In this document: positions 1 to 9,948 of the stretch, one piece after another
How the letters are laid out: each line of letters starts with the position of its first letter
How positions within the stretch are numbered: position 1 is the stretch's first letter
Source of the DNA: Pecten maximus
Lineage: Eukaryota
NCBI RefSeq assembly: GCF_902652985.1
Contig: NC_047022.1
Span: forward strand, 13,702,001 to 13,766,000
Direction: 5' to 3'
DNA length: 64,000 nucleotides
Position numbers and translations under genes: made by a program
Notes under the pieces: generated by a model
Database searches by the model: none
Told to the model about the DNA's origin: nothing
The model's input: the letters and a program-made list of their open reading frames with translations, nothing else

Positions 1-56
1 ACTTTAGTTTCACTTCAGCTCTCGAAATGTACAATCTATTTAAGAAATTCGGATGA
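1..56 (+). CDS. 3' end of an upstream otopetrin-like gene copy (truncated by window edge)
   Basis: Identical to the last codons (FSFTSALEMYNLFKKFG*) and downstream sequence of the copies ending at 9948 and 14543; TGA at 54-56. Confidence 0.9.
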   Translation, partial: FSFTSALEMYNLFKKFG

Positions 57-2056
57 TACCATTGATGAGAAAGTGACTAGCGCTTGATGCCAATTTTATT
101 TCTATTTCCATTGAAATGAATTAAAATGACGACAGAGATCACGTGGTCCAAGTATCATTATTGCCAATGACACATATAACGTTTAACGTTTAGACTAAAG
201 TGTTTCCTGATTCCATTTTGATACTGCTATTACAATAACAACATTTTGCTTACTTTCATTTTTCTCCCATCAATAGCCCATTGGTGCCTTGATCAGGAAC
301 ATTATATACCTTGCTTAATAAGACTTGAAAAATAAACACAAATACCTTACAGTGTTTACTTAATTCTGAGAGTAACTCTGTCAGACACATGCACAGATCA
401 TGGGAAAATCAGACGACAGCGTACTTCGGTTTCATGATAAGCGACCCAAGACCAATCTGACAATCGTTACCTATTCTTGTCTATCACGTACTTAGTAAAA
501 TTACAAAATACCTGTTATCTGATGTGCCTTTATTTATTTTCAAAACGACTTTTAAACATGAAGGAAACTGTTAAAAGGAAAAAATAATTCACGATAGATG
601 AATCTTATTCTGTATAACGTTGTAATAAAGAAGATAAAACAGCCGGTGGATAGCATGTATATTCACAGAATTCATTTAGTATATTTACATCTGTTAGACA
701 TGTAACAAAGCTACTTTACTGTAGATATATTTTGATTGATGGATTAAAGGATTCTAGGAATTTTCAATGGCATAAGTTTCTTAATTTGAATTGTCAACAT
801 GATTAATAAATACATTTTATTGTCCTGTTATAATACTAACACTTTCGTTAACAGTAACACGCAGGGTATTAACTATGGAGGATAACAAGAAGAAGAAGAA
901 TAAACAGTAAAACCAACACTGAAAACAGAAATAAGGACAAATCTAGATTTTACTACACAGAAACTATTTATGTTTTACGTTAAATCAAAAGCTGAACACT
1001 GGCATGCCACTCGAATATAAATTGAGACTAGGCACTCACAACATAGAGAAAAATTACCACTGTTTAATATTAACAAAAAAATAATACTAAATACGACTAT
1101 GAATTACGTCCAGACCGGGCACCTATGGAACAAGAAATTTCCAAAAGGTTACTATAGGAAATGTGAAATGCTTATTGAATGTATCAGCTGTAGTATTGCA
1201 ACACCTAGTGCACTTAGATGGGACCAATAAGGATGTTTGAGATATAAAATCATATTGGAAAGATTTTTATTTGGAAAATAAATGTATGAGAAAAAAAAAA
1301 AAAAAAATCGTGATATATTTTGGATATATTTTCTTCAATAGAGAAGAAAAATAATTTTCCAAGTAAGAGTGCTTAAAAGCTTTTTTCCTCCATGATAAAT
1401 AACGACTTCAACAATGAAGTGTTGGTTGTACAATTCGAATATTTGATACTGGTACACAGAATATTTAAAGATGTAAATACATTCGACCTTTGATACCTTG
1501 CGAGTATGTTTCATTTACCTCATTAAAACCAACTTCTTTCCATTCATCCCAGCATGCTACTGGCTTACTATCATGATCCTGGACCTCTTGACTATTGAGA
1601 AGTCGTTTTAATAATTCAGCACATTTGACCCCTGTGACCGTGGTAGCAGGTGAAAGTGATTATTTTCACCAAACTTGTTAGCCCTTAATCCCAGTATGCT
1701 ACCTGACCAATATCATGGCCCTTGTCCTGTTGGGTATTGAGCAGAAATCGAAAACGTAAATTGTTTACGACGGACGACACACGGCATGGGTCTCTGACCT
1801 AACAATAAGGTCATTTACTGTCGACGCGGGATTACCTCGAAAGGCAAACGTGCATTACTACATCGATATGTGGATGGCCTAGTTACCGGTACATCTAATA
1901 CACATGAGAGCGAGTCATGAAGCAGTTAAATTATTCATGTGGAGTGTCGCCTGTTTTCATTGGTTGACCCATTTGTAAGCACGCCCATTTCCGCCATCAT
2001 CTGAGTGTCAGTTTTCCCGCGCATGTAACTTGACAGATCTACATCTATGATCGTCT

Positions 2057-4374
2057 ATGCGGCTAGAAATGGATGATTTTATAGAAAGTATCGACCCTGG
2101 ACTCCTTACTTACAAAGATGAGCTGTTCATGCGGTCAGTCACAAGTTTGGCAACTCTCAAATACCTGAGACCGAGGGAGATATCTGAAATGAAAATCCCG
2201 GATGTGTTCAAACGACTACTTACCGATAAAGTTATCGGTCTGCAATCACCTGAAACAAGAGCGGCCATGAAAAAAGATACCAGTCCTTTCACTTCGATGG
2301 TCAGGACAAGTGACAATAAGAACAGAAAACGTTTATTCACCCCTGCTAACTTGATTGATGACCTCAACAAATGCGATGATGAGCCGATCCCCAAAAAGGT
2401 CGGAACTGGAGACCACGCAATGTTTATATTGACCCCCCGATATATTTTATACATACATTACTATTGTAATGTGTCCCTGTGAACTAACCCAGAAAAGAGA
2501 AGACTTAAACTTAAAAAGGATGCCACCTGTCCCTCCTAAGCCGATATCCATACCAGGTTAGTTTACACATGATACACATATATGCCGTAATTGTTTATTT
2601 ATCGACGCTAATGTGCAATAATTCTTGACTCCGTAAATCTGTTGTAATCTGATGAAGAGTGAGCATATATCTACTTAGCTAATCTACACCACGGCTACGA
2701 TATCGCAGCTACCAAACATCATTCAATACATGTCCGGCCATATGGGGTCGCAACGATAATATAAACTTGTAAACACGTACAATGTGTCTGGTCCGTCCGT
2801 CCCGTCGTGTCAATGCAACCAGTGTAACGGGCTATTTGTTTGTTCTGATGCCATTGTCATACATTTCTCGCCGTGTAATCCTCTAATATTGTTGGAATAT
2901 CAAGCAACTTCATCTATTCTTATCATAATTTAGATATTATGATTGAACTAACAAAGGTTATAAACGAGAATACTTTGTGAATACTCCGAGTTCGTATTTC
3001 AGGCTCTCAAAGCACAGGGGCTAGTAACGATTTAAATGAGATAAGAATGAATTTCGTATCTTTGTGTGCTATGAAGGCCTAAAGCATCATGTTTTGTTCT
3101 TTTCAGGATGCACGCCCTTAAAAGTTGTCTGCGATAATTGCCACCATCCTGGACACCGGGCAAATGGGAATCGAGGCAACAAAGCCTGTCCATATCTCAA
3201 ATGTGGAGGCTTCCACTACTGTGGCTTGCTAAACAAGCACAAGGAATTCAAAGCAGAATTGACTGAGGTATTTTGAAATTATATAGTGTGAGGTCCCCTT
3301 TTACCACCCCAGCCCTGTACAATACATGTATAATTGAGTAATCTGTACATCTGTGCACAATTCAGTCACAAAATAATATCATACAGACTTGAAAATGAGT
3401 ACAATAAAAATAATGAAAAGCCATTATGGTTCCAATCTCACAATTGATCAACATGGAAGTTGTATTTTATTTTGTTAATAGAAAAAAATGTAATTGTCTA
3501 TAAAAAAAACTTTAGAATTTTGAGTCTACTCCTGATACCATGGAGTATGTTCGGTTATTTTGTTGATAATTGAAAATGCACAATTAGTGTCTTAATTTAC
3601 TGAATATAGAGAAGACACAAACCCTGTTCTTTATTTGTCCCATCATGTGCCCAAGATTTTCACTTTTATTTTATTTCTAATTTTCAGATGGAGAAAGAAA
3701 TTGCTTCCCTTGATAGAACACTGAAAGATCAATCGGCACAGCTGCAGTCGTTAAAAATTTTCATGAAAACCAATGCAACATCTTTTGTAACACAAGTGAA
3801 AGTCCAGTTAAAGGGTCTGTTTCCAAATAAATACTGCAATAGAGATGGCAACCAAAGGCTGCAGAAAGATATCAGGTTGTTAAAGGTAGCAACAGGGGGA
3901 AAAGTACCAGAGAGACTTAACGCAGGCGATGTCGAGAAGTTACTCAATGATGGCCGAAACAAAATCACTCTAAATTGTGGAAATATTGATGACAATGTAG
4001 ATGTTTCCTCCATGACCGACACAAGTAATATTACTCCATGTACCACAGTGACAACCATTCCAATTTGCCCTGCGTCTGCAACCATTACCAGCAGTCCTGC
4101 TCCAGTGTGGTATCCCTGGAATTCTGTTGCTAGTCCTTCAATGTACGCCTGGAACACGCCCTATTCATATTGGCCTGTTAATCCGAGTGTACCTAGGCCT
4201 GCTACCAGTGCTGCTTCATGGAATTCCTCAGCATCCTACATGTATGGATCCCCCACCTGTACTGTATCGAGGCCAGACCAGGAAATCTTCCCTCCCCTTC
4301 CATTACATGAAGTTTGTGATGATCAAATCAGAACCCCCCCCCCCCCCCCACTGCCACCTGATGATGACCATTAG
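2057..4374 (+). CDS. Transposon-borne second gene, 4 exons (2057-2398, 2493-2556, 3107-3267, 3688-4374), ~417 aa: SAM-like domain, CCHC zinc knuckle plus extra Cys/His cluster, coiled coil, Pro/Ser/Trp/Tyr-rich tail
   Basis: GT-AG introns with consistent phases (0,1,0) join the ORF fragments into one 1,254-nt reading frame. The N-terminus MDDFIESIDPGLLTYKDELF...LKYLRPREISEMKIPDVFKRLL matches the SAM hydrophobic pattern by eye. CDNCHHPGH...C is followed by C-x5-C-x5-H. Confidence 0.75.
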
Positions 4375-5624
4375 TTAAACTCTAATTCAAAACACATGAT
4401 GTTTTGTCTTCTGACTTTCAGTGTTTGACAATGACCCGGACTTTTTTGTTTGTTCATCCTCATTTCGAGCTTAAGTTTAAATACCTGTGATACAGGTTCT
4501 TTTAACAATGTTGTATTAAATTGAAATAATTCCAAAATGAATGTTGATGACTGAAAAGGGAACTTTTATGGCAGTAAATGCCTGTGGTACATGTAAATTA
4601 CTTAAAGACTTATCAGCATACTGTATGTGAGTTGGCCAAATGCATGTAGTTACTAAATACTAATAAATGGTATTCAGAATTTCATTCTTTTGTCTGCTTG
4701 CAATCCCACCCCAATATCACTTTACTTCTATAACTTTCAAATCAAAGTCATAAATTTTATTATAGTGTCATTTGTAATATAATCCCACAAAAGACTTTAA
4801 AATTAAAAGTCTATCTTTATTTCATTACATTGTACAAATATGATGCACAATCACCCCGCAAGATTAAATAGGGATGTACTTAAATTCAGATAAAATTGTA
4901 ATCTTCGACAATGTTGGAACCTCTTACTACCGTTACTAATAATTATTTTAAATTGCTCTGATCAACACTCGCACAACAATAAAACATCGGGATATCAACA
5001 GTAAAGGAATACACATTGATCGGTAAAAACACTGATTTGTTGATATTATTAATTTATAAATAATTTGAATTATGATGTTTCTGGTAGGTGGCACTGAGGC
5101 CTAAAAAAATAATGCACGTGTTTCCACTAACATGCTAGAAAACATAGGGCAGGTAGGAAAATCTTTTTAATTTCTAAATAGTTTTTACTAAGGTTATATA
5201 GACGAGGAATCTTGACTTTAATAGTCCTTCCTTGAAAATGTCCAAGAAAACTTGAGGGTAGGCACAAAAATATAGTGTTTGCGGAAACACAGGTATTTTT
5301 TAGGCCTGATTTTGTGCTATAATATTTATTAATTGAAATAAATTGTTCTATTATTGACACAAGTTCATACACCAATCAACGAGCCATTTATATATTGATA
5401 TCAATACATTTATTTTTTTATTTCATTATAGGGACTTTTCCCACTTGAGCATGCCATAATCATTTCAATAAAAAACACCATAATATTGGGACATGGGCAA
5501 GTCTCTTGACACGAACAGTTAATCGGTCAAGGTCAGACGTCACGCTCGATTACACGTGTGTTGGCCGAGGTGACACTCGACTGTGAAGTTGGTACACGTA
5601 TTTGCTATAAACGTGACATGTAAT

Positions 5625-6633
5625 ATGGAGAGAAAACAAGGAGTGAGGACATCGGACGAACTCAGGAGTAAGGTGATAGGTTTATATGCTGGCGGTTCCT
5701 CATTTCCAGAAATAAGGAGGAAAACCGTTCTGGCATTATCAACTTGTCACGGAATAGTCGGTAGTTTTGTGTCTAAGGGCAGTGTGGAGAAATCCTATCA
5801 TACAACCAAACCTCGAACAAAAATAACTGATGAAGTTTTAAAATTCATAGAATACCAGAAAACAAGTAAGCCTTCGATTTACGCAAAGGAAATTCACGTA
5901 AAATTATTACAGGAAAATGTGTGTACGGCAGATAACGTGCCCAGCGTACGTACGATACAGGATGCTCTGAAAAACGAGTTGGGAATGAGTTACAAGTTAC
6001 TCGGCATCATTCCGGCTGAAACAACAACTGCCCAGTTTCAAACAAAACTTGACAACTTCCTGTCAACTGTTTTGATTTACAAAGCGCATCAATTGCATTT
6101 CTTTGATGAGGCGTCCGTTATTCGTACAGCAGGTCATCGTCGTCGAGGACATGCCTTTGTCGGAGAACCTGCAGTTGAAGTTCAAAAATATGCAAGTAAC
6201 GCTACATACACCGTCATTTTATGCTGTGGTTTCTTTGGTGTTGATTATTTTAATGTCATTGACGGACCATCCAACGCTAATATAATGATTAATTTTTTTG
6301 GCGAAGCATTGGAGCAAACAAATTCGGTAGGAAATCCAGTGTTTCTCCCCGGAGATTGTGTCATTATGGACAACTGTGGTTTTCACCACCAACGGTTTGG
6401 GGAGGCGGTCCTCCGAAACATGCTGGCTAAGCACGGAGTTGAACTGATATTTTTGCCACCATATTCACCGGAACTCAACCCCGCAGAATTTATATTTAAA
6501 ATGATGAGGGACGGAATGAAAAAAAACCTCAAGACTTTCGTACGAATACACGGAATTTTCAGTGGTTAATTCCTTGACTAACATTCCCGACATGGTACTT
6601 TCAAAGTTGTTCTCAAATTGTGGTTATGTGTAA
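5625..6633 (+). CDS. IS630/Tc1-like DDE transposase (probable 1-bp frameshift in the A8 run at 6519-6526)
   Basis: N-terminal HTH-like region; catalytic motifs HFFDEAS, MDNCGFH, LPPYSPELNPAE (38 residues between second D and E). Removing one A gives a typical C-terminus (...SLTNIPDMVLSKLFSNCGYV*, stop 6631-6633). First ATG at 5625. Confidence 0.92.
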
Positions 6634-7177
6634 ATTTTGGTAAAGTAAAGCATTGTAAACTTCCAAATTAGCAAGTTATTGTATGTTTGTAAAATCGGGA
6701 GCAAGGTCATGTCAAAGTCAACTACAATTTGTAACATTGTTTGTGGAGGCGGGGCTTATGAAGCAAGACTTGTCCAATCGCCTCGCGCGTACTATTCTCC
6801 CATTCACCCATTCAATAACCGGCTGTCGTGATCAAAGGAACTTCCTTCGTCTGTCTGGGTAGTATTGCACGTTTGCCTTTCGAGGTAATCCCGCGTCGAC
6901 AGTAAGGACGGTTTCAACTATTGATTAGGACCCAGACGGACAGTTTTATATTGCCATTTTGCTCAAATATCACATCGGTACACGGTAGCACCATACTTAC
7001 ACTGTGATGATTTTAAGCAAGCAGATAACATCAAATACATTGTATAGGCCTTGGTTTGTTTCCTCCAGGGGAAATAATCCATAAACACAACCGCCCAGAC
7101 AATGGCGAACATTTAGAAAAAGACCAAACGTGAGTCGGTGTCAAGGGAGTTTTAAGAAAGACGTCGACCTAAGCTTT

Positions 7178-7502
7178 TTTTTTCTCTCTTTCTCTCAATT
7201 CAATTCATTTATTACCTTAAACCTTACGGTTTATCAGTACAAATACATATGTATACAGTACACACATGACAGATAACTACATGCGATATAGAAAAAGGTA
7301 GCTAATAAACACACAGACCTCACATACACACACATATCTCACTTACTCTGAATTCAAGATAATTATCTTTTCCTACAGTCCCCGGTTTCACAAACGTACC
7401 TAAATAAAGGAAATTCTTTAACTCGAAATTAGCACTGGATACTAAAGCATTATATAATTTAAATGGAATATCTACCTTAAATTATGTAATGCTTCCTAAA
7501 AA
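7178..7502 (-). mobile_element. ~325-bp insertion containing a LINE-type 3' end, present in only one spacer
   Basis: Absent from the spacers at ~12020 and ~16615. Flanked by cgacctaagcttt / cgacccaagcttt. Contains a (caatt)n tail and 'ccttacgg' 3' motif like the LINE end at 33144-33190; an inverted related copy lies at ~32335-32431. Confidence 0.6.
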
Positions 7503-8373
7503 CGACCCAAGCTTTAGTAACATTTTATGGATCAAGCAATGGAGGAGGGAAAGAACGGCAGTTGTGTAAAGGAAGTTAAGCCTCTAGAATAATGAAATTA
7601 ATACGTGGCTTTCCATCCCATGTGAGATTTATTAACGAGTAAGAATATCATTAAACAAACTAACGGCACAAGGTATAATCGTTTCACGACACATGACACA
7701 GTTCACTTCTTACACACGTGTTTTCAGTGACAGAATGTGTCTGCCCCTGTTATGTTCACCATTAGGTCCTTTTTGCTGCCACATCAAAAGCCAAAGCATA
7801 TAATCAGTGAAGACAGACACAATGTTACAAGCGCCTAAATACCCGCAGTATCTCACAGTAATCACAAAACCTGACACTTGTAAAAGAACAAATATGTCCT
7901 GTATCCATGATAAGTTGTAGTTTATGAAACAAGGAAGATCTTATTCAGACAGTGTCAATTCATGCATACAATCATCGTTTTTAATGAGGAAGGTATCCTG
8001 ACAATCCTTCAGTGGTTTATGCACCGTAAACGTTGAACGAATCCTCGACAAAATTGTAAGTATAAGACATAGTACAATATATATTATATAACATAGACAA
8101 ATTTCATACCATAAATAAGATCGATGAAGATAAATGATTTAGTTTTAATATCTTATACAAGAGCAAAATATATCCATAGAACAGTTTTGTACCTTTAAAT
8201 ACTTAAATATTAGCGTAGTTATATCAATTTTTAAAAACTCTCGTCCTTCTACGACCTCCAGCGTCGTCAAAGCTGTATTATCAATCCAAATAAAAATTCA
8301 GGGTATATTAGAATACCTATCACATTTTGTTTGACGATATATGATTTTTGTTTATGCCAGAAAAGCCGTCAAC

Positions 8374-9948
8374 ATGACCTGGTCGGATGTATTACGATCT
8401 GTATTTGTGCTCCCGCTCACGGCAGGAAATCCCAAGGGAAATCAAAAACGCCTTTCTGATGGAAGAACCTCTTCATTAGTCTTCAATACATTCCTTCTTT
8501 CGTTCATTCTTCTCATGGCGAAAACGATTACAGGCCCCAACGAAACCCACACCAAGTTTTTTGGATTCCATGTGATTATGTCCATAATTGCCTTTATAGG
8601 ATTGCTCTCCTATATGGCTATGATGATTGTTCTCAAGCGGAAGGGCTTCAACAAATTACTGGAACCAAGGTCTGAACGTAATACCTCTAATATCCACATC
8701 GGTTTCCTTTGGTTCTCTGGCATTGCATCAGTCGTTTTTTGTTCAATAAAAACCGGTCGACTGGCAGAGTGTGAGATTCCGTTTCTGGAGCCTAGTGTCG
8801 CTTTAAATATTTCACTGGTGGAATGTATTTACTATATCATCATGGGATTATTTCTAATAATACAGATGATTTTTCTAACATATCTAAAAACTTATCAGTT
8901 CAATAACCCCTTGAGACTTCAATACTGGATTCTGATAATTATATCGACAAATTTGACCATGTGCGCTTATGGTTTTAGAGACAGTGGCGATGAATATGTG
9001 CAAATTGGAAATAATACTTGGATTGCTCTCAATTGTACAAACCAAACATTCACACATCTGCTTGGTGTTTCTCACAAAATCCTTTCTCCAACGTTTTTGG
9101 AATGCTCTTTCCTAGCTATAACACTTGTTCAGAATTTGTTGCCCAATCGGGAGACAACCAACAAAGGAGACAGTGACGAGTTAACCGCCGTGACTGTCGA
9201 TAGCGACTCTGAGAGAGAAAACGATACTACCTCATCAGAATTGAATCAACGGACTCCACTATTAGATAATTCCCATGTATCCGTAGGCTTCAAACCGTCT
9301 TTTTTGTTCTATGTCAATGTGCTCTGCTCTTGCACAGTCGGCGTCGCTGTTTTGATAATGTACTTAGTAAAAGTTACTAAGGGTGACGACCAAAGTATGA
9401 CGAATGCACGTGACGTGTGCGAGACACTTGCTACGTCTATGATGGCCATATATATACATACAGGCTATTATCTCCTCTCAAAACACACGGAGCCGAACAC
9501 TATTCGCGTTCCAGTATCCGGAAGTGAATATATATTCATAATATCCTCGATCGGCGCACTATTTTCATGTACCTTTAGTGTTTTGATTTTTTCTCATTTT
9601 GCAAGTCCGTATAATAATGTACATGTAGCTTCACGTGTTATCATAGGGCTAATATCCTACACACAGACAGTATTCATTCTTCATGCTAAACGCTGCAAAA
9701 GGAAACATGCCAACGAGAACATGTCTTCCCTACGGTCAGTAATGCTGTTGCTTGCTATGTACAACTTCGTGTTCTGGATCATAGAAAGTTTTGTATATGG
9801 GAGATTTTACGAAGTGAAAGCTATAGAAAGAAACTACCTCGGTCCTGATTTGTGGAATATTCGAGTTAGCGTAAGTCACCCCCTCTATATGTACTTTAGT
9901 TTCACTTCAGCTCTCGAAATGTACAATCTATTTAAGAAATTCGGATGA
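8374..9948 (+). CDS. Otopetrin-like multi-pass membrane protein (OTOP proton channel family), copy A
   Basis: About 12 hydrophobic segments in two halves with an acidic linker. OTOP-like motifs IIQMIFL, STNL, LSPTFLECS, QTVFIL, LAMYNFVFWI and G..LW.I....HPL. Likely start aacATG at 8374 after acceptor tttatgccag (8360); 5'UTR donor gtaagt at 8056. Confidence 0.85.
   Translation: MTWSDVLRSVFVLPLTAGNPKGNQKRLSDGRTSSLVFNTFLLSFILLMAKTITGPNETHTKFFGFHVIMSIIAFIGLLSYMAMMIVLKRKGFNKLLEPRSERNTSNIHIGFLWFSGIASVVFCSIKTGRLAECEIPFLEPSVALNISLVECIYYIIMGLFLIIQMIFLTYLKTYQFNNPLRLQYWILIIISTNLTMCAYGFRDSGDEYVQIGNNTWIALNCTNQTFTHLLGVSHKILSPTFLECSFLAITLVQNLLPNRETTNKGDSDELTAVTVDSDSERENDTTSSELNQRTPLLDNSHVSVGFKPSFLFYVNVLCSCTVGVAVLIMYLVKVTKGDDQSMTNARDVCETLATSMMAIYIHTGYYLLSKHTEPNTIRVPVSGSEYIFIISSIGALFSCTFSVLIFSHFASPYNNVHVASRVIIGLISYTQTVFILHAKRCKRKHANENMSSLRSVMLLLAMYNFVFWIIESFVYGRFYEVKAIERNYLGPDLWNIRVSVSHPLYMYFSFTSALEMYNLFKKFG

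Larger units (their letters stand above)
1818..6902 (+). mobile_element. Full-length IS630/Tc1/mariner-superfamily DNA transposon with two genes (5,085 bp)
   Basis: TIRs 1818-1861 and 6859-6902 (CTGTCGACGCGGGATTACCTCGAAAGGCAAACGTGCA..., 44 bp, 1 mismatch). TA duplication at 1816-1817 and 6903-6904. Empty site 'ggtcatttaaggac' in the sister units (~11749 and ~16342). DDE transposase inside. Confidence 0.97.

Noticed and set aside
2057-4374. Transposon cargo as a Fanzor/TnpB RNA-guided nuclease
   Set aside because: No RuvC D-E-D motifs or paired CxxC zinc ribbon in the expected arrangement; the protein looks SAM-like plus zinc knuckle.
8341-8373. MIFVYARKAVN N-terminal extension of the OTOP ORFs
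   Set aside because: Overlaps a polypyrimidine tract and AG acceptor (8359-8360); aacATG at 8374 is the more plausible start.
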